From: Octopus sinensis
Lineage: Eukaryota
Assembly (NCBI RefSeq): GCF_006345805.1
Contig: NC_043011.1
Span: forward strand, 64,864,464 to 64,928,463
Direction: 5' to 3'
Length of the DNA: 64,000 bases
The translations under genes and the position numbers were made by a program. The notes beneath the pieces are model-generated. The model had not been told where the DNA came from and searched no databases. It saw nothing but the letters and a program-made list of their open reading frames with translations. Within the stretch, counting starts at the first letter, position 1; each line of letters starts with the position of its first letter. Shown piece after piece: positions 13,492-24,570 of this stretch.

Positions 13492-13522
<31 letters not shown>

Positions 13523-13980
13523 CATACATACATACATACATACAAGCATATGTAATGATAATAATAAGTGGATGTAAACACATGAACAAAATAAGAATAA
13601 ACAAAAACAAAAAAAAACAAAATACAAATTACATCAACATATATAACCAGAAGATACAAATATTACAGGCATCACCCCACATACACAAACTAAATAAACA
13701 TAGACGCACATAGAGATATAAGCGTGCGCAAATGAAGACATACAATAGAAATACAAAATGACTGATGGTTAGTAAGGGGAGATACAAATAAGAGAGAAGA
13801 AAACAAAGGACCACTGATGCAGTCACAGGAGTGTGACGAAAGAACTCTAGCCGAAATAAGATTGAGATTAGTGTAAAAAATAAATAACACTGAAGCAAAG
13901 TAACACCATATTTATAGTGCGTGTGTTTTTATTGGCTAAACTGGCAAAATGACCATTCCGAAATATAACAATATATAACA
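10650..13980 (+). mobile_element. 5'-truncated Penelope-like retroelement (RT plus GIY-YIG, Neptune-like) with an inverted 5' pLTR; second copy at about 44,560-47,860
   Basis: RT motifs GSMDVVSLYP and YSRYVDDI (GTALGVSIAGDVANLFM in copy 2). Linker CTDKYCTVC. Endonuclease VVYSIRC...YVGETARSIRERVNVH. 10,650-11,030 is inverted relative to 13,630-13,980. Stops and frameshifts are present. Confidence 0.88.
11036..11411 (-). mobile_element. CORE-type tRNA-derived SINE (octopus OR2-like), nested in the inverted pLTR
   Basis: The family has the head ggcgcaggagtggctgtg.ggtaag and the CORE-like ggcaccttgggcaagtg. Copies at 44,948-45,325 (-), 51,494-51,855 (+), 60,712-61,088 (-), with a fragment at about 31,590-31,760 (-). 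Confidence 0.8.
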
Positions 13981-14061
<81 letters not shown>

Positions 14062-14164
14062 ATACATATATATATATATTGATGCATACATACCATACAT
14101 AGATATAGATATATATATATATATATATATGTATGTTTGTTTATTTGTATATTTGTATGTATGC

Positions 14165-14196
<32 letters not shown>

Positions 14197-14967
14197 GTGT
14201 GTATGTGTGTGTGTGTTTATATATACGTACATGCCAATACATATGTATTTGAGTATGTATATGAGTCGTGTGCGTGTGTGCGTGTGTTTGTTTGTGTGTA
14301 TGTATATATAGGTTCAGATTATTCAAATCAAATATTTTAAATTTTTGTAAGTCTGATTATTTTGAATTATTTCGATTACGTATCAGAACTGCTTCAATTT
14401 GTTCATTATCGGGTCATCATTCTTAAAATTATTATCGTGTTCAATTTCTCTGCATTATGAAATTTGATGAATAAGGTCTCGTTTATTAACATTCGTGCTT
14501 ATGCTTACACGCCGGTTAAATGCAACATGCCTTAGAGAACAATATTTTCGGAGGGAAATACCTAAAATACTCAATGGTTATATACTCAGACAACGTTAAA
14601 TACTCACATTCCGCCTAAACTAGCAAAGAAAGTTTGGCAACTTATCTTAATGTAAAAGATGCAACAACAATTTAGTAAAGAACGATCATAAAAATAATGA
14701 TCCCATCTATTCTAGAATGACTATAAGATGTTGTGGACATTTTGAAATAATCTTTCCTTTAAGGAAGTAAAATGGCAGCATAAGATTCACAAGTATACGC
14801 ACCATCATAATCCTAAATATTGCAGTAATCGTCTACTTATAGATTCAATCAAATAATATATACTCTGATCGAAAAGAAACGTTTCGTTATATATTGACTT
14901 AATCCAGTAACTCCCATGGGAGTATTGAATGAATTGAGTAAAGAAAATTTACTTGTTAAAATTCTAG

Positions 14968-15067
14968 GTGATGCGAAATCCCAATTCTGTGAAAAGGCAG
15001 CCGAGAAACATTGCAAATATGCTCTGATTCGTTATCCTGTAAAGGAGCCAGATGAGAAGTACTGCAG
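14968..15067 (+). CDS. Copy 1 coding exon 4 (first half of domain 2: GDAKSQFCEKAAEKHCKYALIRYPVKEPDEKYC-R)
   Basis: Acceptor aaaattctag|GT, donor GCAG|gtatat. 100 nt, same phases and Cys spacing as exon 2. Confidence 0.88.
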
Positions 15068-16221
15068 GTATATATTCAGCTTTTACAAAAATCCTTCATA
15101 AAACCACCAATAAACTTTGCAAAGTTGCTTCACAAAATCAATTGTTCGTAGGGTTTTACACAGAGGAGCAAATTATGTTTCGATTATTTGTAAATCTCAC
15201 AACGAGAGATATTGAGCAACAGTACTTTGGAATAAGGATATAACTTGACTGTCCTTTTTTAGGACGAATGTTGCTGTAATTAAGCCTCAGGAGGCATCGG
15301 CTCCAGTTGGCTATACGACGCGATCTGCGTCCTTGTATTTTCTAAGGGATTCGTGATACACAGATATTGTTTTTTGAGCTGAGTTTGGATGCCAGTTTCG
15401 CTTGTTCCAAAATGTAAGGAAACAGATCGTGTCGTATAGCTAGAGGGAGATGATGGCACCTGGGGTTCAATTACAACAACATTCGTCATAAACCAGGACT
15501 GCCATGTTATGTTGGCAAACAATCTTTACTCCTATGTTATGATTGATTTGAAATGTAATCCACAAAATGCATCCCGTTTCCGGTTCTGGAAATTTTCCAT
15601 CAATCTAGCAACGCCTCAAACAAAATATTATTGCATTTGTTGATAGATCGAAAATGAAAGAAAAAATTACTTGTTCCATTGGTTCAAAACCCATTTTCCC
15701 ATTGCGGTTTCAAAACTATTTATCCATTGATGCTATACAATTAATTTCTATCATAGACTCATACGTTCCCTTTGCGAACTGGTCTTTATGTAAAACTATT
15801 TGTATTTCTAATTAACATCATTTCCAGCACAAAAATTTAAAATGGGATATTCGCACAGACGTAAAGCGACCACAGAAGGTTAATACTTCAGATATTGTAA
15901 GATAGCGGACTGGCAGAATAGTTAGTTCGCCGGTCCAAATGCTTAGCGGCTTTCCGTCCGTCTTTACCTTCACTGTTCCATATTCTGCCGTATTCGATCT
16001 TCGCTTCCGTCTTTCCAGGGTCGATAAAATATCTACCAGTGGGGCACAAGGATGATATAAATTTGAAACCAACGTCACGCATATTGTAAACTTGTACGTG
16101 CCACTTGACGCCAATTATGGTTTTCAATTCATACATTCATATTTTGAGATAAGAAAGAAACTCTATGGGTCATTATTTTCTTTATAATTACCAAATCTTC
16201 AAAAACGTTTTTGTCTTGTAG

Positions 16222-16310
16222 ACGTCTATGGTTGTTTGAAACCTGTTTTATTAATGTAGATAATCCCTGTAAAGAGATTATTCACAAAACCCGTACGGAT
16301 TATTGCCCTC
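16222..16310 (+). CDS. Copy 1 coding exon 5 (second half of domain 2: RLWLFETCFINVDNPCKEIIHKTRTDYCP)
   Basis: Acceptor tttttgtcttgtag|A, donor CCTC|gtaagt. 89 nt, same phases and Cys spacing as exon 3. Confidence 0.9.
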
Positions 16311-16396
16311 GTAAGTAATTTGTCGTATTATTAAACGTGTTATATGAACACAATAATTTGAAATCAAATTTTACTTTTGCTGGACTGTATTTTCAG

Positions 16397-16434
16397 ATAA
16401 CAAACCAGGCGACTCGCCATCGTACACAACTTAA
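16397..16434 (+). CDS. Copy 1 terminal coding exon 6 (HNKPGDSPSYTT*)
   Basis: Acceptor ctgtattttcag|AT after an 86-nt intron, phase 1 compatible, ends in TAA. ATTAAA at 16,530 and AATAAA near 16,852 are candidate polyA signals. Confidence 0.8.
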
Positions 16435-17524
16435 GCTATTGGCTTCAATTTAACCCAATAAGTGCCAGATGTTTTATTCATATTTTGGGTGATTGCCAGG
16501 TGTCTTACGAGTTAAAATAATACACAGTAATTAAATTTCTTTCATATGTGAATTATTTTGGAACTTATAATTCTTTCGAAACGTTCCAAATAGGGATCGC
16601 TGAAAAACAGCATATTTATCCAATTCTTTTCAATTGCAATAATAGACATTTTAGTCGTTTTGAATCTATAGTATCGAGTGCTAATGCGTATGAAATATCA
16701 ATGAATGTTATAGATAGGAAAACTAAAGAAAAACAAAAACCATTTTCAAAACATTTTCTATTCTTGCTGTTCACAAATTGTGGTTTATAACATAAAATGT
16801 CATTTAGAATTAGCCAGAGTTAATAATGACACAATTTAACTGCTAAATATTAATAAACGTATGCCTGCAAAGGCAATGTATATAAGCAGTTCAGCTTAAA
16901 TACGAACAACCAATCGTTAGTGAAATAGTATTTAGCAGATCCCCAAATGTGGCTCATGGCAGCCAATGGGTTTATTGAGCCTTCAGTCGCTTATCCATAT
17001 ATCAAAGTATTAGTTAATCGAGCACGACTGTTCGTACTGGTCACAGGCTATTCCTCTTAAATTTCTGTATTTACTAGATGAATGATATTATAGTGACGAA
17101 AGTATTTTTTCCGTCACACTGCACAATCATTAGATAAAATTATTTTCTACATACGTTTCCATTCGGGCAATGTGAATGCTTGCCTTTTACAACGGGTCTT
17201 CATATGTGAGAGTATATTCTACGAACGGGAAGGGGGAAATAGCAGAAACAATGTAGTAGGATAATGAATAGTTACAAGAAGCAATCTATGCAATACAACA
17301 GAATATCAATTATAAAATCATATTTGTAATTTATAAAATTTGCGAGAAATAAAAGAAGGAAAATAAAGGAGTCGACATGCTTATACTTCATTCTTTGGCT
17401 TAAAACAATACTGCAGCTTCTTTCATATAGCAGTTAATAGCATTTTGGTTGGAAGTCATTTAAAATTTCTTATGGAGCGGTAAGGAAATTTTCCGTCATA
17501 ATGTAGGTCTACGTTGCTTTAGAT

Positions 17525-17575
<51 letters not shown>

Positions 17576-17581
<6 letters not shown>

Positions 17582-18800
17582 CTAAAGATTCTAAGAATCC
17601 ATCCGGTCAGCCGCCTACATTTCATTGCCAATTTAGCAACATGCACATGAAAGGTTGCATCATCACTCATATAAATACCAAGGTCTCGCACTGATTGTGC
17701 CTCTGGGATTGCAGTCCCTCCTGGTCCAGGGTATTTAGTAGGTATTGCATTTAGTTTTGCGTGCTGATAGCATTGAGCTTCAAACCTTTCAGCATTGACC
17801 TGCATGCTATTCGTTTCAGTCTACTTGTATATTTTGTGCAGCTCACATTGTAGGTGCTTAATATCTTCAGGGTCATGTATTGCCTGTGAAACTTTTGTAT
17901 CATCCGCATAACTAGTGATCGTGGCTCTCTGCGTGACTGAGGGCATGTCTAAGAAGGCCATTATGAACAGTAGTGTTCCCGAAACAGTGCCTTGTGGAAC
18001 ACCGCTCCTTTTTTGCGTGTTAGTGGAAGTGGCCTCATTAGCTACTACCACCTGACTTCTATCCATCAGAAAGTCATGAAGCCAAGTTTCCAACTATGCC
18101 AAGATCATGCAGTTTGTGACATAGGATTCCATGAGCCACTTTATCAAAGGCCTTTGCAAAGTCGAGATATATGACTTCCACATTTCAGTGGTTGAGCAGT
18201 CGTTTCAGCACCCAGTCAGTGTTGTAGCAGCATCTTCCTGGTCGGAAACCATGTTGGGTGTCAGGCAGCAAGTCATTTTCTTCAAGGAAGGTGATTAGTT
18301 TCCTGCTGACTATTCGTTCGATGACCTTGCTGATGTGTGAGGTCAGAGAGATAGGTCTGTAGTTCTTGGCCTCCGCTCTGCTACCTCCTTTATGAATAGA
18401 GCATATTTTACCTTCCTTCAGTTTTCTTGGAAATTTGCCAGTTGCAAGGAGGCTCTGAAAGAGAAACTGCAGTGGTCTTGCTAGGACTCTCTTACATACT
18501 TTTAGAAGGATAGCTGGGTAACCATCATGGCTTGTTGCTGAGTTTGTTTTCATTTCATCAATCATTGCTGTCCCGATTTTATATCTGCAGTGGTAAAGAA
18601 GTTAGTTGGATTGGTGACTTCAAAATGCCCTAGGGGTAGAGGGAAAATACATTTGAATAGCTCATTTAGTATTTCACTTACCCTCATTGGATTTCCTGTG
18701 AGTGTGCCATCATTTTCAAGAAGTGGCCCTACCCTACAGTGCACCGTAGCTGTTTCTTTTGCATACCTGTAGAAAGCTCTGGGGTTAGATTTCATGTTGT
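17576..18800 (-). mobile_element. CR1/L2-like LINE reverse transcriptase fragment
   Basis: Minus ORFs contain KNYRPISLTSHISKVIE, QHGFRPGR, SGVPQGTVSGTLLF and SYADD. The 3' end is cut off at a (TA)n tract. Confidence 0.85.
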
Positions 18801-18808
18801 CTATATGC

Positions 18809-18902
<94 letters not shown>

Positions 18903-18991
18903 ATGTAAGGTAGGTACAATAAATTGAGGGTGAATACTTGATAAACGTACGTGCACCTGTATATGCCAGCTAATGGCAGATGTGAGAGGAT

Positions 18992-19096
18992 ATATGTATC
19001 AAATTAAATAAATAACAGGACACAAAGTGTGTCGCGGTAAACATGTGTACCGCGACATCCTTTGTGTCCTGTTTTTTTATTTAATTTGATACATAT
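18992..19096. repeat. About 105-bp hairpin abutting (TA)n; second copy at 54,092-54,193
   Basis: tgtatcaaattaaataaataacaggacacaaag...tgtcgcggta-aacatgtg-taccgcgaca...ctttgtgtcctgtttttttatttaatttgataca. Confidence 0.8.
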
Positions 19097-19109
19097 ATAT
19101 GTATATGTA

Positions 19110-19158
<49 letters not shown>

Positions 19159-20399
19159 CATATATATATATATGCATATATATATGTATGCATATATATT
19201 TATATATATATATATATATTTTATATATATATATATATATCATAAATTCCAACTTATTTTTGCAGTTCATTAACTCTACGTCAAGCTCTCTTCTGTCTGT
19301 GAGCTATTCCCCCAGGTTAGACGCAGTGCTCTGACGAAAGAAAACTATGTTTGCATTATTGGGCGAGACCATTTCTCATACTGTATATAATTTCCTGTGG
19401 GCATATGGTCTAGTTGTTAGAGCAGCGGACTCGTAGTCGAGGATCGCGGGTTCGAATCTTAGACAGGGCGACGTGTGTATTTATGAGCGAAGCAACTAAG
19501 CTCCATGCACCTCCGGCAGAAGGTAACGGCGAAATTCTTCTGACTCTCTCGCCACAACTTTCTCTGTCTTTCCTCTTGCAGCTCACCTGCGACAGGAGCC
19601 GGTCCGTCGCAGGTGGGGAAACTATACGCCAAGGAAACCGAGAAAGCGATCCTTATGAACCAGGTAAGGCTCGAGAAGGAACAAACATATAATTTTCTAG
19701 AAAATAGCAACGATATTAATGAAATATGTCCGTCAGTTTTAAATGTATTACTGATTAACATATTTTTTGTCTTGAATTCTTCAGATGACCTGCCAGAACC
19801 CAACTCAGCACCATGCATTCTAACATTAAACAGTATCTTATTGGCTGTTCCTGTATGGGCCATATTTTAGTGGAATTCGAACATATGCACTGTGCGAGGC
19901 TATTAAATATAATAAGCTTGTAACAGTCATTTTGCTTGTTTTGTATGGTACGTACACAAATCTTCTGTATATAAAGTACTTCGAAATTTTATTTTTATAA
20001 TCATGTCAAGAAATATATCTATTTCGCGTCAATACTAAATCACTTTACATTTATTGTCATTGCAATATGATGTTTATTTTCAATCTATTACTGCATTAAC
20101 TCTACATTATTTGCATGGCAAAATTTGAAATCAATTGCTTTCTGACATATGTTTAATCTCAAAATGTTCGAGGACTATTCTGTTATATATTTATTTATTG
20201 AATTACATGTTTACCTCAATTTAAACATCATCATCTAAGGCGGCGAGCTGGCAGAAACGTTACCACGCCGGGCGCAATACTTAGCGGTACTTCGTCTGCT
20301 GTTAGGTTCTGAGTTCAAATTCCACCGAGTTCGACTTTGCCTTTCATCCCTTGAGGGTCGATAAATTAAGTACCAGTTACGCACTGGAGACGGTATAAT

Positions 20400-20810
20400 T
20401 GACTTGCTGGGACTGCCTGTCATGTGACGGTCGTTTAGAAAAAGTGCGGGCTAAAACTACGCGCCTTCACTAGTCAGTTAAGGTGAGACATTGTCACGTG
20501 ACAACTTGCTGGGGCTGCCTGCTGGATCCAATGCGGCAGGTTTTTGAAGGGAAAAATTTGACAAGACAGTCAGTCACCGGCTGACACTCGCTGACGATAC
20601 ATCGAAGAGGCCATGGAACAGAAGAAAGAAGACATGCACCCAACACCAGAGGTGAAGACACCTCCGAAAGGGGGGAGCGCCACGTCAAAACGGTAGAGGA
20701 GTAAGGGCCGAAACCGGACGTGGTTCCTCCTGATGTTGTCTTGAGCAAACAGGATCCTATAAAGGAGCTGTTGTGGTAGCAGACCACGAATCACGGTTGT
20801 AACTCCTCCA
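20400..20810 (-). mobile_element. Possible Gypsy-like LTR retrotransposon 3' pol fragment
   Basis: The minus ORF has QDNIRRNHVRFRP, resembling the RRNxxHL motif at the end of many Gypsy pol proteins. There is a short direct repeat acttgctggg(a/g)ctgcctg. About 235 bp of it is missing in copy 2. Confidence 0.35.
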
Positions 20811-21184
20811 TCTTCCTGTCCTTGTTTGTACCCTCTTTGTGTTTAGTACCTTGTGGGTAGTAAAGAAATAGGTATTTCGTCTGTTTTTACGTTTTGAGTT
20901 CAAATTCCGCCGAGGTCGGATTTGCATTTCATCTTTTCAGGGTCTACAAATTAAGTACCAGTTGCGTACTAGTGTCGTTCTAATCGACTGGTCCTCCCCC
21001 AAAATTTCGGGCCTTGTGCCTAGAGTAGAAAATAATTTAAACATTATCTCCTTCGAAATAGTAACCTTCCGCAACTATATAACGGCCCCATTGCTCCTCC
21101 CTCATTTGGAATTCGTCTTGCAAATAAAAGTCCGAGAACGTTAAAAGATTCGCTATATATATGTATATGTATACATTTGGAAAC

Positions 21185-21730
21185 ATGTCAAGGTAGAAAA
21201 TGCTAAAGTAATTTTATAAAAAAAGCATTTCAGTACCGGTTTCGGTCATTGGGTCTTCTTCAAATGTAAGTATGGAAAGCAATTAAATTTTTGAAAAATT
21301 AAGTGAAAAGATTATTTAAATGAATATTTGCAAAGTATTCGAGAACAAGGGGCATTTTCTTTGTTTCTCCCTGCCTCTATTTCTCATGTAAATTCTTGTG
21401 GGTTCAAGGACGTTGTGAATTCTTGGCAGAGAAGAAGAAGAAGAAGAAGAAGAAGAAGGAGGAGGAGAACGAGAAGCAAAAGAATAATGCGCGACAACTA
21501 TGATAGGTATCCTATTACTAACATTGTACTCCCTATTTATTCTCCTCAGAAACAAGGAAAGTTCCCCTTCTTTTTTAATAATATGCAAATATTCTCTTAA
21601 AAAAATCTTTTCGGTTAATTTTTCCGAAATATAATTTTTTACCATACTTACAGTTGAAAACGTCCCAATGACTGAAACCGGTATTGAAATGTTTTTTATA
21701 AAATTATCTTAGCATTTTCTACCTTGAAGT
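21185..21730. repeat. Foldback with about 130-bp inverted arms around an (AGA)n core, probably Penelope pLTR-derived; second copy at about 56,095-56,600
   Basis: aaggtagaaaatgctaa...cagtaccggtttcggtcattggg is inverted relative to cccaatgactgaaaccggtattg...ttagcattttctacctt. The arms contain a decayed hammerhead-like GAAAC-CG-GTA. Confidence 0.65.
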
Positions 21731-21849
21731 TTACCATATATTTCAACTCGTATGTTCTTGTTCAACCTTATATATATATAATGTTGATTCGCTAGCCTCT
21801 GCACGCAGTTTTTTTCTCCTCGTTTATTTCTGTATTTCTTTTCCGTGTA

Positions 21850-21887
21850 TCTTTCTGTTGAAGAGCGTAGGCTCGAAACGTAAAAGA
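21850..21887 (+). ncRNA. Minimal hammerhead-like motif with a core deviation (A6 to U); also 56,742-56,779
   Basis: UCUUU-CUGUUGA-A-GAGC(GUAG)GCUC-GAAA-C-GUA/AAAGA. Stems I and II pair perfectly. Confidence 0.5.
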
Positions 21888-21984
21888 CTTGTTTAATTTA
21901 TATTCCTGAGCGCCATACAAATACAATTGTTTGTTTGTATTCCACCTGCCATCGTCTTTTGTTTATTTTCATAAAGCATCCCGT

Positions 21985-22087
<103 letters not shown>

Positions 22088-22092
22088 TTATA

Positions 22093-22129
<37 letters not shown>

Positions 22130-22139
22130 GAATAAAAAA

Positions 22140-23110
22140 ATGGAGTTAACGCAGGAGTAATCAAATATTTTTACTTACGACACATGTTTCGAAAATACCA
22201 CTAATACTATTCAAAAGAATAAATGGTATAAACAATGCAATCTTCTCCTGAGGAAAGTAAAAAAACGAAACTCGTCAATAATATATTTTAGCAAAAATGA
22301 TGGATTCGTATAGCGATAGACAGAACGCTATTAATATTGTTTAAAAAAACGTCATATGATATAACGTCATAAGTAGCTAACAGAAACAGTAGGGATATTA
22401 ATAGTGAACGTTAAATATAAAGGAAATTAAAGATTAAATTATATATAATGATAGAGACTACTTATATGCACTAAATGTATGTTTTTGCCAATGCTTACAT
22501 ATGTATGCTCGCTCTATAACTGTGTTTAGTACAGTATTTTTAGAAAACATAATGAAAAATAGCTCAGAATTGCAGAGAAGACAGAATTTCTTGCCTTTGT
22601 CATATGGTATCGAAATTGAGAGAATGAACCATTCTAAATGAAGTTGTTCATTGTGGTCTTTTAAATCCCAAATCAATTTGCTGAGACCGGTACTATTCCG
22701 TTTATTTCTATCCCTAAATGTTGAGTAATGGATAGAAATTCTTTTAGATAACTCTAACGATGTGCTTCCAATGTAAAGTCGTACTTTATTACGAGTACTG
22801 ATTATACACTGGTATATAGAATTTTTAATCTTAGAGTTACTTGACATAAACTTAATTCTGTTGGAATTGACTTCAGATACAATAACCTTGTTATTAATAT
22901 TTCTAGAGGGTTGGATGGTATTAGCTAAATTAACGTTAGTATTAGTAATGTATTAATATTTAACAGCTTGTTATTATGAGAAGAGATAATTTGTGTTTGA
23001 AAAACCTATCCTAAACTTATGTGAATTGATTATAGAGTAATATTACATGTGTCGAAAGTAAAAATATTTGATTACACCTGCGTTAAATCTATTTTTTTTA
23101 TTCATATTAT
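22140..23110 (-). mobile_element. 5'-truncated Penelope-like element (GIY-YIG only, Naiad-like) with an inverted pLTR piece; second copy at about 56,940-57,900
   Basis: The minus ORF 22,458-22,847 has SIYQCII...LYIGSTS...RISIHYSTF...TGLSKLIWDLK...FCLLCNSE...CKH. 22,146-22,187 is inverted relative to about 23,045-23,087. Confidence 0.8.
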
Positions 23111-23199
23111 ACAAAATATTCAACGTAAAAACGAAGTTTCTACCTTTATAAACAAGGAGTTACAACACCTTTACTTGTGAGATTTTTACTGGCCCCTCT

Positions 23200-23880
23200 A
23201 AACTTCTCTTAACTCTCGACTTCCAGGGCCATTACACAGTGATCCCTCACCACGTAGAGCTGCATGCACTCCAAAATTTCCTTGACCTTCAACACAACAC
23301 CTAACCCGAAACATCCTCACTCGTTCGTCTGGCCGAACTTGTCCTCCCTCTCAACCGCTTCTCGTTCGCTGGTAATTTCTACCAGCAGCTCGGTAGTGGA
23401 CATTGGAATGAGAATGGACCCCAATTATTCGAACCTGTTCGTTGGTTACGTTGAGGCCCAAATATGCTCAAGTTTCACTGGCCAAACTCCCGAACTAAAC
23501 GGCCGTTATATTGACGACTGTATCGGTACGAATTCACTCTTCCGCGAGCATCTAGACTCCTTCCACTCTTTTATCAAATCTTTCCATCCTACCCTCCACA
23601 TCCACTGCACTATCTCTGACACCTCTGTCCCCTTGACATTTCAATGAGCATTCATTACTCCACTCACACAACCTCCATCTACATCAAACACAGACTCACA
23701 CTCACACATCAACTTCCCCTCCTCTCACACTAAACGCACCGAGCTTTTCGTCCCCTATTTCCAATTTCTCCGTCTACGCAGGCTACACCACAACCCACGA
23801 TACCACACAACGCATCACATCACATCACACCACGACGACCACACACTAGCACTGACCACTTCCCATCCCCACATCTTCGA
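23200..23880 (+). mobile_element. Degenerate Penelope-like RT fragment at the duplication boundary
   Basis: GMRMDPNYSNLFVGYVE...GRYIDDC...SFHPTL (PLE RT GTRMGPSYANLF and RYIDD motifs). Confidence 0.75.
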
Positions 23881-23945
23881 AACTACACAGACACACACGC
23901 ACATGTGTATTTGTATGCATGTATGTTTACAGGCATGTATATACA

Positions 23946-23982
<37 letters not shown>

Positions 23983-24492
23983 TCGGGGTGAGTACTTGAT
24001 AATTATAAGCACCTGTGTATCATGTTTATTCCTATTTTTATTTTTTTACTTTTTTTTTTTTACTTTTTACTCTTATTTTTTTACTTTTTACTTTTATTTC
24101 TATTTCTATCTTTACTTTATAACCTTATGCCTTTACATTCATTTATATTTCTTTATATTTCTTTATATTCTTTATACCCCCTTTACATCTCCTTATATCC
24201 CTTTATATCTTTATACTCTACATTTTTATATTTTTCTATACTTACACTTTTTATACATACATTTTTTATCCCTCGTCCTGAATTCTCGCCCCTCCATCTT
24301 CACGTCTATATATGTATTTATTTATTTACATTACTTCAACATCCAAATTTCCTCATTCTACATTGAGAGAAGGAAGAGATGGACGCTTCAATTCTATGCT
24401 GTTGACTCATTATGTCGTACGCGAATGAGAGGATTTGCATCCCCAACCAAGAATTTTTGATGTAACACATGTCCTTGTGGAAGCTGTTGTGC

Positions 24493-24570
24493 GCGGCTGA
24501 AGAAGGCCACAGACATACATTATGCATTGTTATAAATCTGTCTAATAAAGGCCCGAAACATATGTACCGC
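24493..24570 (+). ncRNA. Type I hammerhead ribozyme in the 5' pLTR
   Basis: GCGG-CUGAAGA-AGGCC.ACAGA...UCUGU...GGCCC-GAAA-C-AUAU-GUA/CCGC. Stem III is palindromic (ACAUAUGU). Predicted cleavage after 24,566. Confidence 0.78.
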
